This document shows positions 24,779 to 37,727 of a stretch of DNA of 64,000 nucleotides, one piece after another (the stretch's first letter is position 1; each line of letters starts with the position of its first letter). The translations under genes were made by a program, and so were the position numbers. Below the pieces are notes generated by a model, which was not told where the DNA came from, searched no databases, and saw only the letters and a program-made list of their open reading frames with translations. The stretch is from Gnetum montanum. Taxonomy: Eukaryota; Plantae; Gnetophyta. The DNA lies in contig MNCI01000310.1 of assembly GCA_015680685.1 (NCBI GenBank), positions 183,220 through 247,219 on the forward strand, in the 5' to 3' direction.

Positions 24779-24874
24779 CCCTTACGACCCAATGAGGTGT
24801 TAACTTAGCTATAAGACTTTTTATGATTCCACCCTTACAACCCTATGAGGTGTTACCTTAGCTATAAGACTTTT
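24779..24874. repeat. ~44-bp direct duplication
   Basis: cccttac(g/a)accc(a/t)atgaggtgtta(a/c)cttagctataagactttt occurs twice. Confidence 0.8.
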
Positions 24875-27599
24875 GATTTTGATTTGAAAGCTCTAAGTTA
24901 TGGGTTTGATTCTAATGAACAATGCTAACTGACAAAGTTGGAATTGAATTATCCTTATTTAGTATATATTTATGATATATATTAATTATTTGGTTGAGAG
25001 AATTTTTATACTTTTCAAATTAAAAAATATTAAATTAATTCACAAAGAATTGATTTTCCAAGGACAAAGTTTAAGTTACAAAGTAGGTGGACTTTCATAA
25101 ATAATAATTCCCGTGAAAAAGTTCATCTCTTATCCTACAGTTATATGATAATTATTTATTTACTACACCAAAGTATAGCTAAATAAAGAAAAAAAATGTG
25201 TGACCAGAAAAAATTCTTCTCACTCTTAGGACCATAAAATTATTATATCATATAAAATTATTATATCATAACAAAGGAGGACTCTTAAATGGGACAAAGA
25301 AAGAGTCTCCTAGATGGAGATGGTAATTGCCCTCTAAACCAAAATTATAATGAATTCAAAATTCTATCAACCCATTACTCTCACTATAAAAAGAAACCCT
25401 GATGTTACATCGATATGAGTATGAGTCAGGCGCGAGGTGCAGTAGTAGCTCTCAGTCATAGTCCTATCAGCTTTATACTTGTGTCTGTCGATGAACCCCA
25501 AGTTGCATTGCGAGTGGTTCTATCAACTTTACGCTTGTGTCTATGAGTCAGCCACCCGTTGCATTGCAAGTGGTTGAACGATCTAACTACTGGCTTTTAA
25601 TTCTAAAACACTACACGTCAACTATGGATTTGGCTTTACTGATATACGTGTTCTGGACGGTTTCCCGTCTCACTTGGCTACATTGACGGGTGCAACAACA
25701 AATATGTTTAATTCCATGATTAAAAACTTAGAAAAAATCTTTATTCACCTTGAAAAATAAATCCATAAAAACTTGGTGATTCCAACAATATTTGGGTGAA
25801 AAAACTAAACTATATTTTTTAAAGTAAAGTCATATAAGAAACCATTTAACTTACTCTTCAAATATATCATTTGCATCATAATGAATGTTTTGAAAAATAC
25901 TTTAAGGCAAGTTTTAACCCTAATGCAAAAGCAAAGCTTAGGTAAATAAATCTATTATAGAATTCCTATAAAAAAGAAGAAGAAGAAGCTACACATAATG
26001 TCTAAAATGCATATAAAATTATTGGTAGATTTACTTGTTTTATGGTCGTTTCTTTTATTTTAATATTTATTATATTTGATATTTTAATAAAACATTGAAA
26101 CGGAGTTTACCAATCAACTTAACTTGAAGTGAAAGATGAACTCATAGTGTACCACCACAACCACGATCTATGGCCTTGTAATAAATCATTGGTTTAACAT
26201 ACAAAATTTATTTCTATATTTTAAAAGGATCACAAGTTGGTTCACCATTTTTCCAAAACATGCATTTTAGTTGAATTTTTTTTTAATTTTTAATTTACGT
26301 TCTAGATAAAATGCTTTCTCCAAATCCTTTACCCAATCCTTAGCATCGCATGTTGACACCATGGGCCCCAACTGAATGTTGGTGTCCAATAGCAAAGAGC
26401 TTGACAAAGGTTATTTTTGTTTCCATTAGGCCATGAATGACCTATGGGCATGTATGATGGCATACATGCCATAGTGGATGGATTTGTATCCACCCATGGC
26501 CACGGACATCGCTCCACGACATACCCATCATGCATTGGAAAAACTTGAAATGGTAAAAAAAATAAAAATTCCATTTTCAATAGCCATATTAAAAACTTTG
26601 TGTGCATTCTCCCACACGCTATGCCCTGCTACACCCCTCTACTCTGATTCCTCTCCTGCCACTATGCTTTGCCATTGCGACTACCACTATGCTATATCCC
26701 TGCCATTTCGTCGCTCTCGATGTGCTTAGCTATGGTCTACTCTGCTTCGCTCCATCCCTCTTCGCTCCATCCCTCTTCTTCAATAGCAGTACATTTGATA
26801 AGTAAATGTTTTCTATGTTTTGCTATTTTTATTTTTCAAAATAGGCATTTGTTTTCTTGTTTGGGTTTACAGTTTAGGGTTTTTCATAGGTTCAATTTCA
26901 GTGCAAGTCTATGTGACTAGCAACTTTTTCAAAGTGCGAGGCTACGTGACTTGCAGATTTTTATTTAAAATTATTTTTAGTATATGAATTAATGCATATC
27001 ATATTTGATATTTTTTTGCAGTGCAAGTCTATACGACTGGCACTTCAAGTATGAAACATGTAATTAACTATGACTCACATAATTCCATAGTTTTATGTTT
27101 ATTTTTTGGAAGACTACGACCATATTGTGAAGTGCAGTTTCATGGCACTATTTTTTATGTCTCGATTTTTGATTGTGAGAGAGACCTATGCCTTGCATTG
27201 TTTGTTGAGATCTATTCTGATTTGAAAACTATGACCACACTGTTACACATAGTTTCATGGTAGTGTTTTTTTATTTCTCGATTTCCAATTACCAGAGACA
27301 TGCACTTGTAGTCTGCTAGTAGTACATCTATTAGTGAATTGCTACTCATAGTCATGTAGCATTGTTTCTAATGTGTGCTAATAATGTTGATTTTAATGCA
27401 GCATAGTTACAATTGGCTAATTGTTGTCAAAGTTATATCCAATCATGAGTGTGGTAAAAGCTAAAGGCAATAGCCAAACAGACCTCCCGTATGAGTAGTT
27501 GTATTTTTTGAATTGTAGTTATTTTAAAAATATAGTAATACACTTGTTTGTCAATTTTGTTTGTATTATGTTATTCTAAATGTTATTTAATTTCTAAAA

Positions 27600-28700
27600 T
27601 TGCAGCTATTACCTTAGTTTTTGAATATAATGTTGAAAATATTTTGGAGTTGCCAGAAATGTTTGTCCTTTCTGAGAAATTAAAGAGAATTAGAAGTTAT
27701 AATTGGATGACAATGGAAGGCTGCTATGAAAGAAATGTTGTTTACAATTTTTATAAATGGTTGACTAATGGTGTCTCAGATAGGATAAATACTTTGCAAG
27801 CTAGTGTACAAGGTTAGAATTTCACCTTCAATGCAAATGATATTGTAGATATCATATAAGTTCTATGCAATAATGAACTAGCTATTAAGGAACGAAGGTG
27901 GAAAAAAAATTGATAATCACTTAATTCACTATGCCCAAAAATTTGATAAGAGAGATAGCAACCCAAATTGTTATTTGGAGTTACTATTTCTCTCCAAATT
28001 TATGCAGTGGGCTTTATTTCTAGTAAAAGAAATCAAAGCTAAGATTTCTAATAATGCAACTTTTCTCATGTGAGCATTGGATAACAATGAAGGTCTTCCT
28101 TTTAATATCCCAATGACCATACTATCTAAGATGAGGAGGTGTGAAAGGGCATGGTAGTTTCATGATGTTAGAAAGTCTCTTGGCTTTCCAATTATTGTGA
28201 GAAAATTATTACAGAAACACAACATACAGTTTATCTCTGTGCAGCTTCAGGATATAGTGAAGTTGGATCCTACTAGCATTTTTAGGAATGCATCGTTGTT
28301 TGAGAGGCCTGAAAACTTAACTAATGTGAAAGAAGATGATAAACCTTTTATGTAAGTTGTGTGCTGTCATGAAAAATGTTCTTTGAAAGTAGTCGAAGAC
28401 AAGTTAGATAATGTGATTGAGACATTACATCAATATTCTAAAAGCAATGTAACACTTTGGAATATTGTGGAGAAGATGAAATCTGACAAGTCTTGATTGT
28501 TGGAATAGAATAATACATTGAAGGAAAAAATAGAAAACTTTATGGCTAATGAAAACAATTGCATGAACAACCTTATTGTTTAGAATCAAAAAATGGGTAA
28601 TGAAATTGTAGCATTAAATATTGAAATATGCATGCTAAGGAATGCATTGGTGGCAAAAAACATTCACCCATATAGAAGCAACATCACTGATGACCCTAAT
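27600..28700 (+). pseudogene. Transposase_32-like domain followed by a coiled-coil-like region (decayed)
   Basis: YERNVVYNFY...ASVQG*NFTFNANDI...ATFLM*AL...FNIPMTIL..M...SLGFPIIVRKLL fits the V.EFY...V.G..I.F / LPFP.LIT.L pattern. Confidence 0.5.
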
Positions 28701-29052
28701 AATGGAATGATTTTGTACATTTTCTATATTTCTTTAAATCATTATTATTTTTGAAAGATTCTCTTTTAATGTCCTTAATGTCAATGTGTATAACATATTT
28801 GAATGATATGGGTACACCCAAAGTAGCCAAAAGATTACATGTTTCTGCTAAGTACAATAAAGAACAAATAATCCATGAGACAAAGAATTTCAAAAAAGTA
28901 ACAAGTAACTGAAGTTGATATTATTGTTGTATTTTTTATGCTTAGAAATTTAAATGTTTGATCTGTTGCTTCCCATATTGTCTTATTATATGTAAGAAAC
29001 TATAATAGTAAAATGTAGTCTAAGTTTATTATCTAATTTTTTCACTTTATAG

Positions 29053-29940
29053 TTGATGCCAATGTTGATTTCAAAACACCAATTGATGATTGTGCAACAA
29101 TTGATAGAGTGATTTAGTTGCTTGTTTTTGGTTTGCTTGATAATAAAGAGCTTGTGAGGACATCATTTGCCCCATATTTTACAATAGGATTCTCTTTTAG
29201 GAGTTTATATAAAAAAAGAAGGGAAGAATGGTTGGACGATGACATCATAGATGTCTACATCATGCACTTGAAGGAATTTCAGAAGTCTCTCTACGAATTT
29301 CATGAATTTCAGAATACAAAATATTTTATCTTCAACATTATGTTTTAATGTTATGCGAAGCCCTTTGAGAGCAAGATGCAAGTGTCTTAGAAGAACCAGT
29401 CAAGACATAAATCAAATAAAAGCAACAAAAGACATATCATAAATGTTGAAAGTGGTATAGTGATTGAAGAAGAAGTTGATGATTTTGTCATAGAAATAGA
29501 TATTGTTAAAGATCTTAAAGATAAAACATGTTGGGATGAGTTCTTGTAATCTGGATCCACATTCTTCTATCTTCCTTTGAACACTAGAGGGCATTGGGTT
29601 CCTATTGTTGATGTGCGAGCATATAAAATTTTGGTGTATGATTCAATGCCTTCTTGACAACATCTTGTAGTAGTTAGAAAATTGATGTTGAATTTTATTA
29701 ACAATTTATTTGATAATGAGTTTTTTTTCTTTGATGGTGTCATAGAACTCAAGGAAAAGAAAAAAAAGTAGATAAAAAATTGAATGTAATTACAATTGAA
29801 GGCCTTTTAAAATAGGAAAATGGTTATGACTATGAATGTATATAATAATTTTTATGCATCACTTAATACTCTATAAAGAGTTAAATTTCACTTTTGATTA
29901 TGTTTCAATGTATTGGAAGACCATGGTATAAATTCTTAGT
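29053..29940 (+). pseudogene. Ulp1-like SUMO protease (peptidase C48) domain, transposon-associated, decayed
   Basis: EEWLDDDIIDVYIMHL; YLPLNTRGHWVPIVDV...ILVYDSM (catalytic His/Asp region); *ENGYDY (decayed QxNGxDC). Preceded by an acceptor-like 'cactttatag'. Confidence 0.8.
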
Positions 29941-30914
29941 TCTATTTGAGTTCATCAAGTTTGAAGAAGTATGTGTTTGTAGCATATGTTGAATGAGAAC
30001 TGTAGTGAACATGATCTAGATGTATTATGTGATGTAACTAAATCTAAATATAGTAATTTTCTATGATGCATTTCATTTTTCTAATGCTATTGTGTTGTAA
30101 ATGCATCTCTTTCATGATTTTGTAAATGATTTTGATTGTAATGAATATATTTCTCATTTTTGTCAAATTATGTGTAATGTTTTTTATCAGGGTGGATTGT
30201 TTGATATTCTATATATATTTAATTGTTAATTATTAAAACATTTTTTATCTCTCATAACTCATCCTTAACTATGGTTCATATGTTAAGACAAGTTAGATAC
30301 TCATGATTATACAAAAGCCACAACAATATGCTTAAAATAAATATCTAGCATTAAAAGATATAAAATATTAATTTTCAATCTCAAAGTTAATAGTTTTAAT
30401 TGATTTGGATTAACATGTATGTAGCACTATCATTGCACACCTATATTGTGATGACATGTGCAACACATGGCATCACACTCTAAGGATGCATAATCATGTG
30501 TCTCACATGTCATCGTAGTCAATATTCAAATTATAATCCACATGATCTTGTAGCCCACAGGCATAGACTGCAATGACATATGGATTGTAGTAGCAAACAA
30601 TGTCTCCAGATTGTGAGAACATGTGAGTCGCAATTGAATGCATTGTGTTGAGAATGTTTCTATTTTAGGCTATGAATTGGTTGCGATTCACAACTTCACA
30701 CACTTTTTCAATTTTCAACTATGAGGGAAATGCGTGGCTCAAACATTAGAGTTGCAAAACCATGCATCTAGCATGTCATTATAGTTTCAAAACAAGATAT
30801 GATCCACATGTTCTCATAGCTTGTGGAGATAATGTACGATGACATGTGAGTCGTAGTTTAATGCACTATGTTTTAGTTGGTCTCTGTTTTAGGTTGCAAG
30901 GTTAATGCAACTCA

Positions 30915-31822
30915 CACCCTCATGTAGTCCTTATTGGAAGGTACCCAGGCCTTTCGGTAGGGAATAATTGCTGTAATATTGTGGCTTTTGAAAGGCAGAG
31001 GGTTAGTTGGTAGGTTGAAGATCAATTAGAAGGCATTAAGATCTTTCAGTTGCAAATAATTACTTAGAGATTGTACCTTCTAGATGGTAGAGGATCATCC
31101 ATAAACAAGGTCTAGGTAAACTACGTGCACATGTTCCTAGCATCCTCCTGTAGTCCATATCAGTAGGCACTTAGACATTCTAGTAGGAAATAATTGCTCC
31201 AATATTATGGCTACTGGCAACTAGAGGATCATTTGGTTACAAATCTAGCTGAATTATAATGGAGTGCAATCAGCACCCTCTCATAGTCCAAATTAGAAGG
31301 CACATAGAAGATTTGAAATGGAACAATTGCTTGTAATTTGATGCTAGTGGTAGGAAGAGGGTCATCTGGTAGGTTGTAGATCATCTGAAAGGCACACAAA
31401 CCTTCTAGTTGTAAATAATTGCTTGGAGATTATGTCTTTCGAATGGTAGAAGGTCATATGGAAACAAGGTCTAAGTAAATTGTGTGCATGTGCACCTAGC
31501 ACCCTCTTGTAGTTCATACTAGAAGGTACTCAAACCTTTCAGTAGCGATCAATTGGCTATTGAAAGGAAGAGAACCATCTAGCTGCAAATCTAGCTAAAC
31601 AACAAGTGAGTGTGACTAGCACCCTCCTATAGTTCCAATAGGAAGGCATCCAGACCATCTACAAGAAAATAATTACTTGTAATTTGATGCTACTAATAGG
31701 AAGAGGATCATAATAAAGGTTAAAGATCATCCAGAAGGTACTTAGACCTTTCAGTTGTGAATAATTGCTTAGAGATTTTGGATTTTAGCTGGTAAAGGGT
31801 CATCCAGAAGCAAGGTCCAAGT
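30915..31822. repeat. Higher-order tandem array, left part (~226 + ~133 bp subunits, ~358-bp period)
   Basis: Anchor ca(c/t)cctc at ~30915, 31141, 31274, 31500, 31620. Confidence 0.85.
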
Positions 31823-32160
31823 TGAAACACCACAAAATTTTAGGTCTTGGTGTCTTGACTTAAAATTTGGCTAAGTGTCAAAACAGTGGCACTTTGCCCA
31901 AATTTTTCTAACTATTGAGTGTAGTTAGCTCTAACTACCAGTTTTGCATTTTTTTTCTAACTGCTAAGTTATGCATCCTATGCATAACACTGGGCAAGCA
32001 TAGCAACTAGAGTTAGAAAATTTTCAAACTTTTTCTAGTCACTTCTAGACTTGAAAATGTTTCTCGTAGTCCCACCTACCGCACTACCACGTGGCACCCG
32101 ATTTGTGTTTTATGCTAACCCTAGCCCTATAAATATTGTTGGACCCCCAATGTTTTAATG

Positions 32161-32313
32161 GTTGGCATTCCCAGGTGATTGGCATTCCTAAGTGGTTGGC
32201 ATTCCTAGATACTTGACATTCCCAAGTGGTTGGCATTCCTAGGTAGTTGGCATTCTCAAATGGTTGGCATTCCCAAGTGGTTGGCATTCCCAAGTGGTTG
32301 GCATTCCTTGGAC
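32161..32313. repeat. 17-bp minisatellite (gttggcattcccaagtg) in LTR; 9 copies here, 5 copies in the 3' LTR (~39235-39320)
   Basis: Counted directly from the sequence. Confidence 0.9.
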
Positions 32314-33057
32314 ATAAGCATTTTTAGCACTTGGCATTTGGCATTTGGCATTGAGCATCTTTGGGTGAACAAGACCCAAATGTATAGGCAAAGAGGTAGA
32401 GTTGCACATCATAGCCCACTACAGCCCCATTGTGGCCTTGTAGAACATCGCACAATACACCATGACAACCAACCTAATAGGCATAGTTCATCATGGTGAG
32501 CGCCAAACTTCATCACCAGACACCATTGAGACTGTGACTATGCTTCCACTAAACTTATTGTATATTGTGTACCTTCTAAGACCCTTTTGGAGTTAACTAA
32601 GTCCCCATTTGGGGCGTTGTTCCATTTCTCTCTCCTATTTTTAGCATTTTCTTGCATTTTTCATGTGTCCTTTTTGCACTTTTTCACATGCCATCATGTT
32701 GTACTATGCTTGGGTGGTAGCCTCCATAGGTTGACACTCTTGTTTCTATCAAAACCCTTGGCTACGCTTGCCCCCATTCCATGGCTATGCTCTACACTTA
32801 GCATTGCAAAACACCACTTTGATACTTAGCATTGTTTTCGTGTTGTTTTGATTTGCATTTCGACTAACCACACCACCCCCTAGTTGCACCCACTACCTTG
32901 ATTACAACTAGCAAAGTTCCTATTCAATCAACAAGACTGTTTAGGGTGCTTCACCTCCATTTCTAGCAAGGCCCTCGCACGAAGGTGGGGTTAAGGCTAT
33001 GCGTCTGTTGATCCCTCGGTGATTCCAGCCATTGAAGTTTTTGGTCATCACAGTTTT

Positions 33058-33075
33058 TGGTACTAGAATAAGGGC
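33058..33075 (+). promoter_or_regulatory. Degenerate primer-binding site, probably for tRNA-Asn
   Basis: tggtactagaataagggc versus tggcgctagaaggagggc (complement of the plant tRNA-Asn 3' end as I recall it); starts 5 nt after the LTR end. Confidence 0.55.
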
Positions 33076-33609
33076 CTCACCATTTCCTTCTGCATTTTCT
33101 GATTGTTGTCCCATGTGTTCTCTCTACCACTAGTTGGTGTAGGTTGGACCCCATCATCGATTCCCTTGGAACCTTGTTGGACAAAAGCCAAAGCGTATCT
33201 TTAGCACTTGACCAAAATTCTGGGCGCTCGAGAGAGTGTAGTTGGCTATCAACATAGAGATTATAGTTGGCTCTAGTGTAATGAGCATAGCACCAAAGTT
33301 AGCCATTTTTAGCAGCTTATACAATTACCATTTTTTTTTTTGCATTTCCATACATAGCATTTTTTCTGTATTTTCATACTTAACATTTTCTTTGCTTTCC
33401 ATACTTAGTCAAATTTTCTACAGTTTTACACTTAGTCAAATTTTTGTAGTTTCCATACTTAGCCATTTTTCTACATTTTTACACTAAGTCGTGTTTCTAC
33501 ATTTTTAGCCATTTTTTTGCTACTAGCAGACTTAGTCATTTTTCTACAGTTTTTAGAGTTAGCCATTTTTTGCAAACAGCAACTCTCACAACCTAATCTG
33601 TGAACATGA

Positions 33610-36600
33610 ATCCAGATCAACCTTCCACGGTGGTGTCTAATACATTTGACATCACGATCCACCCAAATCATGCTACGTGAAGCCATGAACAATATAATTT
33701 TTTTTATGCCAAAATCCAAGCAAGATAACTAGCGGATTGCCTTGACTTGGGAGGTAAAACAGGACTACGAACAAGTCCACTGAGAAAAACGGCAGTAGAA
33801 CCCCTCCTTATTTGACATAATCCCACTCATGGAGTCCTAACACTAGCTATTGTCCCAACTCATCTGTGAAAATGAGCATGATGCAAGGAAAACATATGAA
33901 TAAGCCTCATAGGAGAAAGAAGATGAGTTCGAGGCTTGCTCCAAATGCAAGAGCCCCCTCTACACCATCTTACGACAAACACTCCCTAGTACAACCCCTC
34001 CTCAGGTCAGTCCATCCATCCTCTCTGAGATGGTAAGCATGCCAATTCAGCCTTCTTTGCAAGTGACTGCTACATTTTCCCAACCCTATGCTCATGCAGG
34101 GGCCACCTCCCAGCCCTAGATGACTTAGGCATCCTATGTCTTTCTTGTCTCATCGGTGTCCACGGTGTCCATCCAACCCACTAGTGTGTGGCCTACCTTG
34201 GTCACTATGCCCATTGCCCAACCAATGCATTAACTAAACTCATCTGCTATGACATTAAACTAGTAACAACCATATGCTATGATGTTAAATTGGCAACGAC
34301 CATCCACTACGATGTTAAACTAGCAAGCTTCGCAACCAATAATCTAACCCTATGCTATGTAATCAACACAAGCCTAGCCAATGCAACAAGCTGGCACATC
34401 CCCAAGCTTGGATCAAGCATTCCAGTTGATCCAAAGTTTAATGGAGGAGATCAAACAACTCAAAGCTACCTCCTTTGAAATCATCAAGGTGGTGGACTTC
34501 TACCGAGATGACCTCATAAGTCCTACAATCCCATCCATGAATCTTCAAATTAGGGTCTAGTTGCCTCAACTCACCAAGTATAATGGTAAAGGGAATCCCA
34601 ACGCACACTTGGTCACATTTTGATCTGAGTGCCTACTCCTTCAAGCTTGGCCACATGCCATCATGTCACTCACTAGAAAAGCCTTAGACTGGTATTGCAC
34701 ACTACCCAAGGCCTCAATATTTTCTTTGGAGGATCTTATAAGCTAGTTTGTGACACACTTTAGGTACAACTTGAAGCCTGAAGCAACCCTCAACCAACTC
34801 ATGCAAGTCAAGCATGGGCCTCTAGAGCCCACGTCAAAATTCCTCCAACATTGGAGCATCACATTGAGCAAAATGTATGAACCCCTAGTAAAGATGCACT
34901 TATTGGCCATCTTCAAGGGTGCAGTGAATGACTTTATCAAGTCCAAACTATATTACTTGGCTTCGAAGTCTCTCAGCCAATCCTTTACTTAAATGAAAGG
35001 CATAGAAGAGGCAGCCCAAGCTAGTAATGATCCAACTTATGTGGTCTACAGAAACCAACATGCATGCAAGCAAAATGCAACAGTGGTAATAGTGGCCACA
35101 AGTACAAAAGCAACCAATCGGGGCCCAATGGCCAAGCAACTTAAGGCCACAACTCACAAAGCTACCAACTTTGGCACCAACTTGCTTACATTGGCAGGGG
35201 CTACCCTAGTGTCAAAATTTGAGTGTAAGGATCGATCAAAGTATATACTACTATCGATAGAACCCTCTAAACTATTGGAGTGACTCCTGAAAGCCAAGAA
35301 AATCCAATACAAACACGTATCAGAGATTGCCCACCAAAAAAATGATAGGTACTACGAACTACTGAGGAACCCCATCTTAGCAGTATCAAACAAGCTCCTA
35401 GTCCCAAAATATTTCAAGCTAGACCAATACTATCATTACCACCAGTTGTCTAGTCACAATATGAAAAACTATTGTTCATTGTAGAACAACGTACAAAGAA
35501 TGATAGAATTGGGCCAATTAGTGCTTGACACAGTAAGTTAATACAACTTAGATAATGCCCCCTACGTCATAAACTCCATCAGCATAGATGATAAGTCTAA
35601 ACCTATGCAACAACCTTTTATGATCTGTGTGCCTCCTAGCAAGGCAAGGATTCCCTTGGCCTCCACAAGAAAGAGACTCTCCTTTGTTATCAAAGTGCCA
35701 TCTTAGGCACCCACAACACCCTTTGTCATTAAGGTTCAACAACAACTGTCTGCTAAGACATTAAACTAACATGACCCAACAACAACAACTGCTAAGAAAC
35801 CTTTCATCATCAAGGTTCCACAATGAGTTGGTCCTGTAACAACTCCTAAAGTACCATTTTTCATAAGGATGCCACAACGTGATGGCCCCTCACTTATTTG
35901 AAGCCTAATAGTGGGAAATGTCTAGGTCCCTCCTCCTTTAAGGGCTAACCCCATTAGAAACCTAGGTAGGCCTACCAAATGGTAATGTAAGAGGACAAAT
36001 GAGTTCCTCACAACCTCCATGGTCAAAGAAAAGCCCATAACTAGCAAGCAACAATTGAACACTGGGACCCTTACCCCCAAGCAGGCCAAGAAAACCAAGC
36101 CCAAGTCCCCTACATGAGAGATCCATCTCTCAATCTGCATGGAGAAAGTCAAGGCTAACATAATAGTTGAGAATAAGGACTTCATAGCTACACTAACCTA
36201 GATGAAATAAACACTCAAGCAAAAGAACATAACATTAAGCTTGTATGACCTAGTCATGACTTCATTTTCTTACCACCAAGCATTGCCATGGATGTTGGCC
36301 TTCATTCTTGTTATAGAGGACATCCCTATAGATGAGGCATCCATCCATGCAGTGATGTTGCCACCTATGTCATAGGAATCGGGTTCAACATCCCTAGTGT
36401 TTTTTGATGATGTAGTTAAAGTCAACCCTGAATGAGGGGAGGTCACTACAACTCCTTTATTAATTAGCATGTGTTGGGTAGTGTATCATCTGCAGGGTGC
36501 ATGTTGATGATGGTGTAGTAACAAACATAGTCATGTACTCTATCATCGACAAGCTAGGCTTGGTAGACAAAATTAGGCCAACCAAAACCACATGTTTAAA

Positions 36601-36940
36601 ATCCTTCAATGGATCACATGTCACTGTCAAGGGTACAATCAACTTAGCATTCATGGTAGGAGAGTAGTTCCTCACCAACATAGATTTCAATATTATAGAG
36701 AAGATGTCAGGCTTCAACTTGATCCTAGGTAGGCCTTGGCTAGCTCAACTATGGGCCATATCCTCTCCCATCCATCAAGAAGTCCACCTTCCATATGAAG
36801 GTGGTCAAGTTATCATACATGGTGATAACACCTCCTCTCTGACTATCCAAAACATAGACATGGAGCAAGTGTTAGAGGTGGAGTTTCTTGGTGATGCACC
36901 TATAGCAACCAATGCGATTCCTAAGGCTAACACACCCAAA
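33610..36940 (+). pseudogene. Decayed gag + aspartic protease of element B
   Basis: KYNGKGNPNAHL...ALDWYCTLP..SI.S..DL...F (retrotransposon gag); YHYHQLSSHNMKNY (degenerate knuckle); RVHVDDG...FNLILGRPWL...SPIHQ (Tat-type protease). The start position is approximate. Confidence 0.85.
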
Positions 36941-37479
36941 TGAGTGGTTAAAGCCAACAACCTCCCCGAGGATCTTAAGCCTTATGCAACCCCTAATCCA
37001 CACTCGGTTAGGAAGCAACTACATGACCAAGACTTTCCCTTGGCCAAAACTATGTTAAGCACCTACTTACCCCTTGCCTCCATGAGCCATGCATTTTTGG
37101 TTTTTGTTTAAGTTGCATTTGTTCGTGCAGTTACATTTCACCTGATTGCCTAGTTTGCACACTGCTTTGCTTTGTTTATGCATTTCTACTTTGTTTATGC
37201 ATTCATTCACTTAGCTTGTACATTGCATTTGAAAAACATCAAAAACAAATAAAAATAAGAAAAACATAAAACTACAAAAACACATGGCTCAAAAATGCCT
37301 TAAACTAACCCATGGTCGAAATAGCCTAAAACCATCACCTTTTGCATTTCTTTCCTTTTATTCATGCATTTCAACTCTATTTACGATAGGTGCCACTTAA
37401 TATTATTTTTCTAGTTGATTGTTGTAGGATCTTGTAGGCACACAACATGACTACGCATGTAGAAGGTAAGCACTCATCT

Positions 37480-37727
37480 ACCATGATGCAAAAAATTGGC
37501 ATAGATAGTTTGCTATGATTATAAATTAGCATAGTAGTGTGCTATGACTATAAACTGGCATAGAACGTCCTTGTGCTACAACATTAAACTAGCATCCACA
37601 GCTCGTCCTTTTGTCATGATGTTAAACTGGCATAAAAGCTCATTCACTATGATGTTAAACTTGCACAAAGTAGTCTGCTAGGACTATAAACTAGCATTCC
37701 ACAATCTGCCAAGACCTTAAACTAGGT
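37480..37727 (+). repeat. ~30-bp hairpin-motif array (~8 copies) in element B
   Basis: Same core as 19915-20152; perfect TGCTAG-gactataaa-CTAGCA at 37676-37696. Confidence 0.85.

Noticed and set aside
32084-32499. ORFs with GMPTTWECQ repeats
   Set aside because: Translation of the 17-bp LTR minisatellite.
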